In this document: positions 26,911 to 41,030 of the stretch, piece by piece
Layout: each line of letters opens with the position of its first letter
Position numbering within the stretch: position 1 is the stretch's first letter
Assembly: GCF_018977255.1 (NCBI RefSeq)
Contig: NW_024704743.1
Location: forward strand, 37,388,001-37,452,000
DNA length: 64,000 bases
Direction of reading: 5' to 3'
Source of the DNA: Callorhinchus milii
Lineage: Eukaryota
The notes under the pieces: generated by a model
What the model saw: only the letters and a program-made list of their open reading frames with translations
Told to the model about the DNA's origin: nothing
The model's database searches: none
Position numbers and translations under genes: made by a program

Positions 26911-27414
26911 CTCCAAGGAGGATAGCCACTCGTTAGTAATTTGACTCTGTTCATTTCCCTTAGTTATTTCCTAGTGTTACTTTGAAACATAAACTTGTTT
27001 TGCATCAACCCATTATCTCATAGAAAAAGGAGGCCAATTAGCTCATCAAGCATGTTCCAACAGTTTATTAGATCTTGTCAGAACTTTTAATCCCAATGTC
27101 CCGCCTTTTTGACATTCCCCTCAAAATCTCTAAAACCCAAGTATTTGTATATTTCTCTTTTAAACATCCTTATCTGCAGTTTTCTGTGGCACCCGCATTC
27201 CACATATTCACAGCGTTTTGTGTGAAGATATACTTCCTGACCTCAATTCTAACTGTCTTGGTTCTGATTTTAAGGCTATGCCTCCTTGTAAATGTAATGT
27301 AAATGTAAATGTTCCTTTTTTTCCCCCCAGAGCATGTACTAGTAGTTTGTTTTAAGCTTCCCTTTTTGTCATTAGTTGCTTTGTTCTTAATTCCACAAAT
27401 AGACCTCAGTGGAA

Positions 27415-27853
27415 ATGTCTTGGAAGACCAGAGAGGAAAAGCAATTTAAAACAGCTATTGGGCAAAATCATGTTATCAGGTGTGTGAAGTCCCGCATTCA
27501 GCCAAGTGGAAGAAGCAGCACTGTCCCGCTCATCAAAACAAGCAAAAGTTTGGATACCATCTGGGAATCCAGGACTCAACAAAGTGACTGCAGTGATGAA
27601 AAGACCAACATCAAAGCAACATCAAGATTGACCAACATCAACATCCCGTGGACAAAAGCACCTTTTACGAAACAGGAGAGTTTTTTTGACCACAGGGAAG
27701 CAAGCCTTTTTCAGTCTGACGAACAAGAGTTACTCAGTGTAGAGAGTTGCCCGCCACTGTTATGCGACACAGATAGCTTTTCAGGACTTCCAATGCTGGA
27801 CAAATGCGAGACTCAACTCAGCAGTGACTTCCCTGAGACGGAGGAGAGAGAAA
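27415..27853 (+). CDS. Coiled-coil protein gene, first coding exon (MSWKTREEKQ...ETEERE)
   Basis: Acceptor at 27402, ATG 27415, 146 open codons, donor A|gtaaga (phase 1). Confidence 0.7.
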
Positions 27854-28885
27854 GTAAGAACCCCCAACCATCCCCCGGCACACACACAAAGTAATAATAA
27901 AACTTACATTTGATATAATGCCTTTCATGTCAGGAAGATGCCTCAAAGTGCTTCACTGGATATATACTGTAAAATGTAATGACTGTATTTTTTTTAGATG
28001 AACACAGCAGCTAATTTGCGCGCAGCAATGTCCCACAAACAGCCATGAAGTGAATGATCAATTTTTAAAAAAAATAATTTTGCTGTGGGAATATGTTAAA
28101 TCTCTGGTAAATAGTGTGCTAAAGCAAAGCTGAAGGATAGTAAGTGCAGGGTCACATATGTATTCTAGAGTTTGGTAATTTACATGGGGACGGGAGAGCA
28201 AGGAGAATCTTTTTTCAATGAGGTGGGTGAAGTCACTGGTAGAGGGAATCAAATATAGACTGTCAAGAGTTTGACCTTTCCATTTTCACTGCATGCCAGT
28301 TAATGTGGTTGATTGGAGTTGTGTTCCCAGATAAACAGAAGCTTCCAGCAAGAGAAATTTCAGGAACTTTCAAGCAGCAGAAATTAGGTCTCTGTCAATC
28401 AATGTTCCTGCTGCCTTACAATCCATTAAAACACATAACCTGTTTATGTTACTTTAATCTTTAGGAGTTATTCTGCTATGACATCTATAAGCACTGTTAA
28501 CACTGTTAAGCGCTCCGAGACCTATTCACTTGAAGGGCGTTATATAAATGTTAGTTGTTGTTGTGTCACAACATGACAATCCATTCTTGGACTTCATCAT
28601 GTGAGTTATTTCCACAAAGATGTGTGGAAACACAAAGTGTTTTCCACAAAGTGTGTTTGTGTGTGTGTGTTGGTGGGGGGGCGGCGGGAATTGGTGATCA
28701 GAGGTATGGGATTTCCTTCCAGAGAGAAAGAGACAACTGACGATGTGAAAAGGCTCCATTTATTTCCAACTGTGCTTCAGTTTCCAAGATGCTCCTGGTG
28801 ATTTAATATTACACTGTTTGGATTCAGCAATCCTGAAATTCTTCTGTGAAGAATAAAAAAAATTCTGTCTGTCTCTTTTATACAG

Positions 28886-28943
28886 GAGGGAAGAAAAGTA
28901 GTGCTTCATATGTAGACGTGCTTTCTGATGAAAATGTTAACAA
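28886..28943 (+). CDS. Coding exon (RGKKSSASYVDVLSDENVN)
   Basis: tacag| acceptor, |gtaagt donor; phase 1 to 2 fits both neighbours. Confidence 0.75.
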
Positions 28944-29919
28944 GTAAGTAACAAAATGCCAGCGTGCCAAAAGTATAAATAATAATAATAATCCTTGGAT
29001 TATTAATTAATTAATTGCATTATTAATTATAATAGTCCGGTTCTTGATTATAACTGGATTTTGACAGAATGCCAGAATTACTCTTACTCTGCCCCTCAGG
29101 ATTGCTGCATCATGTTTCTTTTGCCGTGACATGCGCAGAAGGAAGCTATGACCGGCTCGATTTATTAAGATAGAGGAAGTATAGCTGTTGCTGTCACTGG
29201 CTTATTCAGTACTCTACTTTGATGCGATTATCAGCAGCAGTATCTTTTTAAAAAACTATATGCATTCAAAAAATAAAATGGAACACTTTTGCCTGCTAGA
29301 GTTGAAATGCCAGCGTCTAATGAGATTGACCTAATATAACCAGACCTGCAGAAATGTGCCTTGTCAAAGTTGCTACATGTTAACAGCAACTAGAATTCAA
29401 TACTTCTTCACAATACAAATTACATTTAAGCTGCATCTTTTACATCGGGAGGATGTCCCAAAGAGTTTAACAATCCTGCTTTATAATAATAATAATCCTT
29501 GCAATTGGGACATCGTTGAGATGGCTTGGACCTGAGCTGCAGGTAGGAATCAAGAGGGGGCGGAGAAGGGAAAAATGTGATTTGTGGTGTGTTGTGCAAA
29601 TCTATTTTTCTTCTTGACAAGTCTTTCCTTCGCCTCCATCTCTCCCCCATCACTCCACAGAATTTCTATTGTGCTGAGATTTCTGTTTGTGTCATCAGAA
29701 GGTAATATTTATTTGGCTGAGTAGAATAAACAACATGTCAAAAATGAATTCAGTCCTACATATGTTATTAATATCTACTTAATAAAAAGTACCCAACATC
29801 AGTGAAGTGTATTATCCAGCCCACATTCCACCACAAAGTCCAGTGTAGACAGAACATTATTGTTTCCTGACTGGCTCAGTTGGTAATTTTATTGCTCAGT
29901 GTGAAACTGGCCCTTTGTG

Positions 29920-30100
29920 AAACTCTTTGACCGTGCCTTCAGCTCCCCTCTCGACTCTCTACCGCCTCCTCGCTCCCTCCCTTCCCTCCCCTCACCATTT
30001 CCCCCCTGCTCGGATCCTGACCCAACTGTCCAGCGCCTTGGGACGTGCTCCCGACGTGAAAGGCGCTCTATAAATAGAATCTGGTTGTTGTTGTTGTTGA
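29920..30100 (+). mobile_element. L2 3' fragment (young subfamily)
   Basis: Same 3'UTR, stem-loop and tail as 1-435. Confidence 0.85.
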
Positions 30101-30622
30101 TGTGGTCTGGGAAGATCCAGACTTGGGCTGAGTTATCTCATCTCTGCTGGGACAAACTGAGTGTTGCTACGATTGAATTCAGTGCCTCTGGGTTACATAG
30201 GGTAAAAATGAACAGGATCATTATCCATTGACCCTCATCCCTCTCACCCTAGATGGAAAGTGAATGTGTGTGAACCCGGATGAGGTCAGGATTGAGGTAA
30301 ATCCTGATCTCAATCGGCTGTCATACCCCAACGGTCAACAGCTACTGTCTGGGCTTACACATAGAACTCCATTCCTAGATCCCTCATGCAAGTGACATTT
30401 AGAGGGAGGAACCAGAGGGTGGTTATGCCTGTGGAGGTATCCCCTAGGGAAGATTCAGTGTCAGATGGGGAGGAGGGACAAAAGGTCACAGGTCATGGGG
30501 CTGAAGAAAGTAATGGAATTTTTGGAAGTTGGCCACATGTTGGCCAAGTGGAGGGAATGACCAAGTTGACGTGGGTGATGGAGATTGCAAGACTATTAAA
30601 ATGCAAGAACAAGGATCTTGTT

Positions 30623-30693
30623 CCCTGTCTGGAATTGAACTCAGGTCTCTCGCTTGCAAAGCGAGTGCTCTAACCACTGAGCTACAGGACTCC
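30623..30693 (-). mobile_element. tRNA-Ala(TGC)-derived SINE head only
   Basis: ggagtcctgtagctcagtggttagagcactcgctttgcaagcgagagacctgagttcaattcc; same head as 46489. Confidence 0.8.
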
Positions 30694-32716
30694 ATGGGAG
30701 AAGACACAGGCTGCAGAGTTCTAGATTTTTTTAAAAAACAAAATACAATATATATATTATTGGTGAATAGAATATATATTTACACTTGTTTTGAACAATT
30801 CCCATGACAGAAAAGAAAAACCACAACACGCTAACGTTTCATTACAATACACAACAGACAGTGTTGCAGGGGTTGCCTCTGGTATTCCACTCAGGTGGAG
30901 GGATTAAAGTGTTCCCACCTCAGGGTTCTGTTGCCCTTTGCAGAGAGCAGTTACAAGGTGGATCTTGTCACGACTCTCTGCCGCTCCCCCCTATGTGGGG
31001 CATGGTTAGATTTACGATATATCAATGTGCACACATTTGCGCGATACATTTTGGTTTCAGTGTACCTCTTTATAATGAGGGATTGAGAAGCTGGACCCAG
31101 TTAACTGTTATAAAGGGGTTGCCCTGTATTTGGATTTCATTAAGGCTGGTAGTTTGGCTCAGTTGGTACGTGAATGGGATATTTATGTAGTATAAGCCCA
31201 ATTTAGAAACTTGAGCTTGTAATGTAGACTGACACTTGAGTACAGTTCTGGGATGCACTGGATTGTTGAAGGTGCTGTTCTAAATAAATAAAGCATTAAC
31301 CTGAGGTTTTGTTTTTCTATACTCCAGTGGACATTAAAGATCCCATGACACCATTAAAGATTATAATATTTTTCTTAAAAAGAGCTGTGGAAAATTGACT
31401 TCCAAATGAAGACAGAATTTTTCAAAATTCTACGCTACCCTGTCTCTACATTTGAGACCGTTAGGATATGGGGCCTCTGAAGGGGAGGTTAGATCCTGTT
31501 TTGCTTAAGGGGAAAAGAGAGGGAAATTGTAGGAGTAGGTTTACTAGGGCCAGTTGCGGTATGTCACGAGGGATTGAGCACAATAGAATTTCCTCATTTT
31601 GTTCATGTCATGTGAATGGGGGCTTAGTCAAACCAAAATTATTCAAAGCAAAAGCTGGCTGCTTATCCATGGGAGGGAAATTTGGTTGGATTGTTGCCTA
31701 AGACCGATTTGTGTACACTTTGCAATTTGCTCACAAGTGGCATCTGTAGGCTGGGTTGAGTCATATTAGATGGTGTAAGGGGACTCTGCAAGGGTGAGAA
31801 TAACAATCAATGTTCAGAAGAAAACAATACCTATTTTTTAAAAGATAAAAACAAGCAGGAAGTGAACTCAGCAAGAGGAAGTTAGTGTTAGAATCAAGCT
31901 TTGTAAGTCATGAGCATTCTTTGTACAATACAATGCAGTCATGAACTCAGACAATGGGCGATTGGAGTGGGTCAAGGTTGGTAAATATAGTAATGTGGAT
32001 TTGGAATTATTTTACATGCACCTTATTTTTTCTCTCTGATATTTAAACAAGTCCTAATTTATATAGTGCCCTTCACTTAGTCACTGGCCCTATAGGGAGA
32101 GGGGAGGTGGATGGAGACAAAGACATTTGGAATTAAAATAAATTGTCTCCAAAATATTAACCAGAGCCAGTTTCAGGATGCCTAGCTACTTTGCTGGTTT
32201 GGAGCAGGTTCAGTTTGGATAAGCTCCAATAACTGGCATGTGCTGTATTTTAGAATTATGTTTTTCCTCCACCATTTTTTGTCTTCCAATATTCTGCCTT
32301 CTTGTCCTTTTCTGCTCTACTAAAGGTGTTTGATTTAATTTTTCCTCTACTCTGGGTTGGTAAAATTCCACAAGTGCCAGTCGCCCTCAAGTATTGCAAC
32401 CCAGTGGATATCATTCATGTGTGAACCTTGTTAATAAGTGGAAGTAGTTGGGAGCAGGATTTTTGTGCATCCGGGACCATTGCAGTTGAGGCTGTCCTCA
32501 GGCAAAGTTCACACATACGCACCATCCAGCGTGAGCTTCAGGTTAGCAATCAAGAGCCGGTGGAGGCAACTCCAATTGAAGGCTGCTTTAACTGCTGTCT
32601 TGCTGAGACGAGGTTGAACCTGCAACCCAGTTGCCGCACCGGGGCCTATATATTTAGTCATGTAAATTACTGTGTTGATTTTCATATTTGATCCTAATTA
32701 TTGTTTCATTTAAAAG

Positions 32717-32831
32717 TCAGGAGGGTCAAGTTCAATGGCAAGCCCTGGGCAAACGGTTTGAGGAGGAGAAGAAAAGGGCACAGACTACTGAAAGGATTTG
32801 CTTGGATCTGCTGGTGCATAACCAGAAGTTG
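32717..32831 (+). CDS. Coding exon (QEGQVQWQALGKRFEEEKKRAQTTERICLDLLVHNQKL)
   Basis: aaag| acceptor, |gtgaga donor; phase 2 to 0; coiled-coil-like. Confidence 0.8.
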
Positions 32832-32923
32832 GTGAGATGTTGCAGGTTGTTTTGTTGCTTGAATGCTCTTTTATAATACTTGTAACCTTATTCAGTGAAT
32901 GGTCTGCGATTTGCTTTCCACAG

Positions 32924-32974
32924 GAGGATGAGAACAGAAGACTGCTCTCTTACGATGCCAATCTGGAGAAACGG
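32924..32974 (+). CDS. Coding exon (EDENRRLLSYDANLEKR)
   Basis: ttccacag| acceptor, |gtaggt donor; phase 0-0. Confidence 0.8.
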
Positions 32975-33439
32975 GTAGGTTGTTTTGATCCAGGCAGCGA
33001 AATAGATATCTGAAACCTGTTTTTACATATACTGAAAGTACAATTTAACATTTTAATTAAGGTACGAACATATAAACAGAAATAATGTAAATGGAAGTGT
33101 TTTGGGTTAATGTTTTTTAAAGTAAATACATTTTTTTTAGAACTTTTTGAAGCTAGGGAATACAGTACTCCTGTCTAGAAGATGGTCTTTTTTGGTGTGT
33201 TTTTGCATTGTCATTTGAAGAATGACACTGCTGGGCACTGGACTGTGTCCTATTTTTTGAGACCAGTCTTTGTATCAAGCACCCAGGTCAGATATAGCAT
33301 ATCCAGATGGAGAGTGTCAATTCCTTCACCCTGCTCCAACCAATGATCTACAATAACTAACAAAGAGGCTTTACATTTGATAATCCTTGCAATTAAGGTA
33401 CCCGCCTTATCACGTTGGATGAGTCAAACCGGTTCAAGG

Positions 33440-33780
33440 ATTTACTGTAAATACTGTCTGTATTTTGTAGGTGAACAGGGCAGCCAATTTGCAATGTCCC
33501 ACAAACAACCATGAGGTGAATTACCAATTTTGCTTGGAGATTGTTGGCCAGGACCTTGGGTGAAACTTCCTTCTCTTTTCAAGTAGTAGGATCCAGATCT
33601 ATAACTTCCACCTGAACAGGCAGACATGACCTCTGTTTAACATCTCACCTGAAAGATGGCACCTCCAGCAATATAAACCCAGTCCCAGTACTACACAAGA
33701 CTGTCTGACTATGTACATTCAAGTCATGATGTGGGGCTTGAATCCACAACCTTTTGACACAGAGGCAAGAGTGCTGCTGT
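33440..33780 (-). mobile_element. DeuSINE (SacSINE1-like), diverged
   Basis: Homologous to 58700-59125 (Deu-domain segment, tRNA head). Confidence 0.65.
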
Positions 33781-34356
33781 GGGATATTGCTTGCTACACT
33801 GGACAATTAATCCTATTAAGTGCTTTGAGACATCTTCCTGACTTGAAAGGTGCTAATTGCTATAATTTTCTCCCTTCCATTTCATTCATTTTCTCTCTTT
33901 CTCTCCCATCTTTCTGCCACTCGCCTGTCGCTCCTTCTCTGCTCTTTCCCCTTTCCTTTCGCTGACACACCGAGCATTTTGATTCTCTATAAATTCCCAC
34001 TTTATCCAATTTAATTAGTTTCCGCTTCCCCATTTCTGCCTCTTGATGATCCTGCTCAGACTGTCCCTGGAAGGTAATATTTTTCAGATTGGACTTTTTT
34101 TGTAAGATTTAGCAAGACATGAACCTGTTTGAGAACTTCCTCGGTAAGATTTGAATATGATTTTAACTCTCAGAAAACCATGTGGTGACCATGGTCAAAA
34201 ACTATAGAGAGTGGCTTAAAAAGGTTATAATTCAAACTCTGAGTTATCTGAATTCATTGAAAGAATTATATCTTTGTAACTCCTTCCCCAGTATCTGATG
34301 TTCTTGAGTAACCTTTGCATGGAAGGAAGAAAATAATTTTCTGTGTTGAATTCTAG

Positions 34357-34434
34357 GTGTCAGAAATCAGCAAGAAACTGTTCATATGGGAACATAATTA
34401 TTGCACTCACCAGAAAGCTGTCGATAAGCTGGAG
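34357..34434 (+). CDS. Coding exon (VSEISKKLFIWEHNYCTHQKAVDKLE)
   Basis: ttctag| acceptor, GAG|gtaaga donor; phase 0-0. Confidence 0.8.
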
Positions 34435-36134
34435 GTAAGAGCGCTTAGACTTCTGACTCATGGAGCCTCCACAGTTTTGCAATTTGTTAAAGGTAAAACT
34501 TAATAGACCTGTAAATTGGTGGTTTTAATTTGTAAAATCAATTTTCTGTGGGCAAGTCACCTTCCAGCTTCGGTACTCTGAACAGAAAAATTCTAATTAC
34601 CAAGCAGTATCGGTGTGTGCATCAGTTTGTTCGTTAATGGCAGTGCAAAAGAGAATGAAGGTAGTTGCAAAAGGGAATTGGATACACTTTTGATGGCAAA
34701 GGCGATTGGGATATGTGAGATGAGAGGAGAAGAGATAGTATTTTAAAATGTGATTGGCCAGTCAGCCAATGGTCTTTTCCCATCCCGTGTATTTCTGTGT
34801 CCTATGTGCTCCATCTTTTCTCTATTACTGAGAGGAAGAATCACTGAAGAAAAACTGGGCAAGTACCAATGTCAAATTAAGTTGTCGATTTCTTTAAAAA
34901 AATATTTTCTTTCTCCATTCATTTGTAAAGAACATGATGTGGTGATAATTGTGCTGAAATGCATCATCACACTATTTCCATTTGATAAGAAAAGAAAAAT
35001 GTGCAACAAGATAAGGCCGTTTGGTCTTCTCTTCCCACAGACCAAATACAATCTTAACCTGCGTAGAACATTATTTCACTTGTTTATGTTATAATTAAAC
35101 TTGTGCACAGCTATTCTGACTTTTCACCTATCCCCAAAGAAATCAAACAAATTTGCCAGATCATTTGCATTATGTCAGTGTCCCTTTAATTCAGTAGCCT
35201 CACATTGGGGTCTATTACTTGCCATGTGTAAACAGAGATATTCACTTTACAGTATATTCTCTGAAACGCTTTGAGACAAACATCTTGAAGATGTGATAAG
35301 GCACAATATCAAATGCATGGATTATTATTATAGAGGTGTGTCTTGTGCTATGTGTAAATGCATGTTTATAGAGGAAATCACAGCTACCCTTCATTATATA
35401 GTTAACAACCAATGAAAATTATTTATTAGTTATGCAGTCGCCCACCAAACCTTTTCACTGGTTGCTAATTACAATAATTAGAGCACCTGTAATTCCCTAT
35501 GCACACATCTCTTTAGACAAACCACATAATACAACTTGGTTTACGCATAACACATTAATTGATGGCACTGTGTAGCCCAGTAATTATTCCCATCTGATCC
35601 TCAACAATAATACTGTTAACAATGAAACCAAATTACGAGGATATCGATAGAAATGGAAGTGGAGACCATGGAAAGGCAATTAATGAATGAATGTTTGATC
35701 ATTTAAAGAAGAGTTGAGAGTAAGGCATTTTCTCCTGTGCTCAATTACAAACAGAGCGAGTGAAAGCAGACTGGATGAATAAGAGAGGGGAGAGCGGATA
35801 TTGGGCCTGGAGTAAAGGCTGACTTCTGTTTCTAGTGTCCCAGGATGGATAATAATAATCTTTGGATTTGATATAACGCCTTGTCACGTCTTCGAGATGT
35901 CTAAAGCGCTTCACAGAATTTACTGCCAAGTTAGCTAACTGTATATTTTGTGGGCGAAACACGGCAGCCAATTGCGCACAGCAGTGTCCCACAAACAGTT
36001 GTGGATTGAGTGATCACATTTTTTTTTCTATTTGAAGGGATTAGTAACCTCGGAAAAGCGATCCGCTGATCGACTAACAACCGAGTTCCTACATACTGCT
36101 AGGTAAACAGGTGTGTGGAGTACGGAAATTTGCC

Positions 36135-38028
36135 TCTTTTAACCAACATCATTAACCTCTCCTTATATCTACTGGCACAGTTCCCACCCCTCTAAAATCA
36201 GCTGTCATCACCTCCATCCTCAAAAAACCTTCCCTGGACCGATCACTACTCTCCAGCTATTGCCCCATCTCCCAAATCCCTTTCCTCTCCAAGGTCCTGG
36301 AACGAGTCGTCATATTCCATTGCTCCTTCCTCTCTCGCCATTCTGTCTTTTAAAAAGGGTTTCTGTGCTGCCCGCAGCAGGAAACAGCCCTGGTCAAAGT
36401 CACTAACGACATTCTGTCCATCTGTGACCAGGGCTCCCTCTGCCTTCTTGTCCTCTTCTGCTGCCTTCGACATTGTCGACCATTCTATCCTCCTACACCA
36501 CCTCCTCTCTCAGCTTCACGGACCAGCCCTTGCCGGTTCCAATTCTACCTCTCCCACCGTCTCCACTTTGTCTCCACTAATGCTTCTCCTCCAGCCCCCA
36601 CACCATCAGGACCCTGTCCTTCAGGACCCTGTCCTTGGTCCCCTCCTTTTCAACATTTACATACTCTCTCTTGGTAGCTCAGTGGTTAGAGCGCTTGGCT
36701 CGCAAGTGAGAGACCTGGGTTCAATCCCCGGCAGGGCGAAATGTTGGCCAAGTTTCCTTACTCCACATGCCTCTGTTTACCTAACAGTAAGTAGAAACCC
36801 GGTTGTTAGTTGATTGGCAGATCGCTTTTCCAGGGTAATAATCGCTTCAAAAAAATAAATAATAATAATCATTCGGTCACTCAGTCCACGACTGTTTGTG
36901 GGACACTGCTGTGCGCAACTGGCTTCTGCGTTTTGGCCACGTAATATAGAGTCAATTCACGATACAGTATATGCTGTGAAGCGCTTTGAGATGTCTAGAA
37001 GACGTGATAAGGTGGTATATCAAATGCAACGATTATCATTATTTATCATCCGTAGACATGGGGTCAACTTCCACATGTATGCGGATGACACTCAACTCTA
37101 CCTCCCTGCCTCCACCCTCGACTCCAGAACCACTGCTGTCTTCACAGACTGCCTGTTGGACATCAAGTCCTGGATGAGAGTTAACTTTCTCCAGTTGAAT
37201 GTCAACAAGACCAAGGCTCTCCCGATTGGCTCCCGTCAGCACCTCCATACCTAGGGCGCTGACAGCATCACCCTTCATGGTGCACGCTACACCTCACGGA
37301 GCCAATATGGAACCACTGCGTCCTGTTCCACCCTTAACTGTCCTTCATCCCCCACATCTGGGCCATGAACCACTCCGCCTTTCCCCATCTCCGCAGCATT
37401 GCCTGGCTCTGCCGCTGTCTCTCACTGCAGGCCACTGAGACCCTCATCCACGCAGTCATTACAACCGGGCTCGACTACACAAACTCCCTGCGTGTCGGAC
37501 TCCCCACTTCCTCCCTCCACAGGCTGTAGGTCATTCAGAACTCTGCAGCCTGTGTCCTCTCCTGCACCAGGCAATACCACTCTATCAACCCCTATCCTCA
37601 CCCGGCTCCACTGGCTCCCCATCCCTCAGAGGATAGAGTTCAAGATCCTGGTCCTCACCTTCAAAACCCTTCTCCCTTGCTTCTCCCTGCCTCCGTGACC
37701 TCCTAACCCCCTACCAACCTGTCCGTTCCCTCAGCTCAGCGGGCTCCGACCTGCTTCACGTCCCCCGCCCTGCCTGCCCCACCATTGGTGGGCGTGCTTT
37801 CAGCCTCTCTGCTCCCACCCTCTGAAACTCCATCCCACTGTCCTCTTCAAGACCCGTCTCAAGACCCTCCTCTTCGACCGTGCCTTTGGTCACCCTCCTA
37901 CCCCTAACTTCCCCGCCCTACACCCATCCTGATCCCAACCACCAGCTTGAGTGTGGATCCCTGACTGTCCAGCACTTTGGGATGTTCTCCTGATGTGAAA
38001 GGCGCCATACAAATGTAATTTGTTATTG
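36135..38028 (+). mobile_element. 5'-truncated L2 LINE with RT domain
   Basis: [54 protein letters not shown]; stem-loop and tail. Confidence 0.92.
36674..37043 (+). mobile_element. tRNA-Ala SINE (long subfamily) inserted in the L2 RT
   Basis: Interrupts L2 between ...IYILSLG and [15 protein letters not shown]; (att)n-type tail. Confidence 0.88.
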
Positions 38029-40179
38029 TTGCCCAACATTTCACCCTGCCGGGAATCGAACCCAGGTCTTCTCGCTTGCGAGGTGAGTGGTCTATCCACT
38101 AAGGTACAAGACTCCACAATGCTGATATTCTAAAGTGCTCCTTCCCGTTAAATACTCGTAATAGTAGTCATGTAGTTTATTGACTTCTCAGAGTGAGAAG
38201 TTCCTCACACGAGTGAATCTGATGAATCTGGGTAGTGAATCTGATGGTGTTTACTAACACCGGGTGAATGTTGTCTCAGCAAATCTTCAAAACCTCTGTC
38301 CTTACAGCAGCACAAGGAATTTCTCACCTCTGGTCTGCTTTTTCTGCCATTGCATTAAATTACAGAAAGAAGTCTGGCAGGCTTTCATATGACTACAGCA
38401 GAAATGTTGCAACCGTTTCCCTTTTGGCAATATTAAAATTTTTACATTGCCAACATTTTTTAAAACTGTTTTTTTCAAAATATTATATTGAGTAGAATAA
38501 CTGGCTGTGATGGAGAAGAGTATTTAGCAGCATAGTAGCATTAAACTGACTCCCACACCTCCTTTCACGGAACACCTGACATAGATGTGGCAAATGAACT
38601 TTAGCGACTTGGTGAAATGTGTTTGCACAGAAGCACATGCAATGACACTATATCCATGAGTCAGGTCTGGAAAAAGAGTGTAGTCCTAGAATACAGAATG
38701 GACTGAGAGTTGTGCAGCCGCTAGCACAATCGTCCCAGACTCAAAATGCACCAATTCTATACTGTGGATACACAGTTACCTGGAACTAAACTGAGCCTGA
38801 CCAACATAGTTTCACATAGGATCTCTCCAGCGAGAAGAGAGCGAGGCTTTCATTCATCAGATTAAGCTGGATTCAAATAGTCACAAACTGGCAACACTAG
38901 ATATCCTGATTAAGAAAGAAATCTCATAGCAGTATTTTTTTTTACACACCAAGCTGGAAACATTATGAACACCCCTCTTTGACCGTTTTTGCAGTCATCT
39001 TTCCCCCCCCCCACCCCCCACCCGCCTCAACCCCTTTTGGCTTTCACCCCGAGCTCAAGTGCCAGCCAACAGTGTTTGAGCACTTTGAGATGTCCTCCTG
39101 ACATGAAAACGCTGTATAGATATATATTGTATTAACTTGTCTTTATCATTCAGATGCTGTTTAATCTTCTGTGCACTTTCTCAGGGGGCTGTGGTTGTAT
39201 TTAACAGAGAGATGTTCTCAGGATGGCAGGATAGCATGCCAACCCATTACATCTCCCATTCCTCCGTACTGTTGTTGAGCCAGTGGCTAGAATAAACGCC
39301 AAAGCAAAATGGGGGAAGGGAGTGTGGGGTTGGAGGGAGAGGTTGTGAATCTCCACTTTCCGTCCACTTCTTTCATAAGGAAACAGCAAGTCTCCCTTAA
39401 CCACCTCCTGCCCCCCAATGGCATGACTGAGATCAGATGCTTGGCACATGGGGAAGCCTGGCGTGAATTTGTGCTCTGCTGCATGTGGATTTCATAATCC
39501 ATTTACTGGCACTCTGTGCATCGATGGCGCAACATTTTCAATCTGAAAAGGCTTTAATGTTGAAAATTAAAACTGACCGATCTCATGTTTCCATCTGTAA
39601 TTGTGCCTTGTGTGTAGAATAATCTTAAAATGATGTGGAAACTCGAAGAGGCTTACTTCTGGTCAATGCACACCTTTTAGGAATTCCTGCCTTGTAGGAG
39701 TTTCCAGAATAATGAACCTATTGTGACTAGAAAGCTGAAGAATTTTCCCTGTGGCATTTTATAATTACATGTGGATTGATATCGACTTACCTCGGCTTAC
39801 TGCGGTTTAATTATTTTTTTAAGATTATGAGGGAGAGAAGGAGTTTTCAAAAGATTTGATATTGTTGCATGACCATGTGTGAACAGTAAACGTGATGCAG
39901 TTTGCCACCATCCCTTCTCGCTTCTTGTTAAAAAGCATTACAAAATGTTTGCTCATGGATTGCAAGAGAAAGAAAAGAAAGAACTTGCATTCAACCGATG
40001 CAAGCTACCCAAATATGACTTGCTGCAGAATTCACCTGGCTCAAGTATGGCTTCGCAGTCTACCTCTAGAACTGGCTGCACCGCCCCAAAGCTACCATTG
40101 CTCCCTCACCTTAGCCCAAATCCGCTTTCTTCCCCAGCATCATCCAGGAGACCAAAGACAACCTCAGGCTCTTCTCCAC

Positions 40180-41030
40180 CAACAACCATCTCCTTTCCAT
40201 GCTCCCTCCAATTCCAAACTTGAAGAAGTGATGGACTTACTGGAGTCCAAAATTACTTGAGTCCAAAATTTACTCAGCTCCCTCCACCACTGCCATCCTC
40301 TACCCTCTGCTCTAGGCCACCCAATTCTCTCTCTTCCTTTCCCTGCTGATACATGTCATCAACCTGCGCCTCTCCACTGGCAACATACCTCCTCTTTCAA
40401 AACTGCCATCATCACCCACCTCCTCAAGAAAACCTCATACGACCCTTCCAAGTTTTCCAGCTATCATTCCATCCCCAGCTTACCCTTCCTCTCCAAGGTG
40501 CCAGAACGAGTTATTGCCTCCCAGCTTTGCACATTCGTCTCGCACCACTCCCTCTTTGAGCTCCTCCGAGCTGATTTCTGCTCCTCCTACATCACTGATA
40601 CTGCCAACCACATTTTCTCCATCTACAACCAGGACTTTCTTTACTTCCTTGTTCTCCTTGACCTCTCTGCCAACTTTAACACTGACCACTCCATCCTTCT
40701 GCACCTGGTGAAATTATTTCCACTGATCGGTGAATCAGCAACTAGAGGGCATCAATTTAAGATAGTAAACAAGCAAATGAGGTAATTTGGAGAAACTTTT
40801 CATGCATAGCATAGTTAGGTTATGGAATGCCCTGCCAGTAGCTATAGTTGAGGCAAGATCCGTATTGACATTCAAGAGCAAACTCGATAATAGATTAAAA
40901 AGATTCAGCTACAGGGGAATGGCAAAAGGGCAGGTAAGTGGGACCGAAAGGATTGCTCTTGAAGGACACAGATACAATGGGCATAATTGCCTGCTTATGT
41001 GCCTTAAATTTGTATGGTTCTATGAGGAAA
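40180..41030 (+). mobile_element. L2 RT fragment (to ~40706) abutting a CR1 3' fragment
   Basis: LVLLDLSANFNTDHSILL (L2), then LFPLIGESATRGHQFKI and IVRLWNALP (CR1). Confidence 0.7.

Larger units (their letters stand above)
35849..38115 (-). mobile_element. tRNA-Ala SINE (long subfamily) split by an L2: body 35849-36134, head 38029-38115
   Basis: The two pieces rejoin to the SINE sequence seen at 36674-37043; ttgcc is duplicated at 36130-36134 and 38029-38033. Confidence 0.8.

Noticed and set aside
29100..29701. Extra + strand exons at ~29100-29178 and 29661-29701
   Set aside because: Stops in the required frame, or phase incompatible with flanking exons
30623..30693. tRNA-Ala(TGC) gene (also at 46489, 36674 and 38029)
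   Set aside because: D and anticodon arms are good, but T and acceptor stems are imperfect and the same head runs into SINE bodies elsewhere
36135..38028. Active reverse transcriptase gene
   Set aside because: 5'-truncated, frameshifted and interrupted by a SINE
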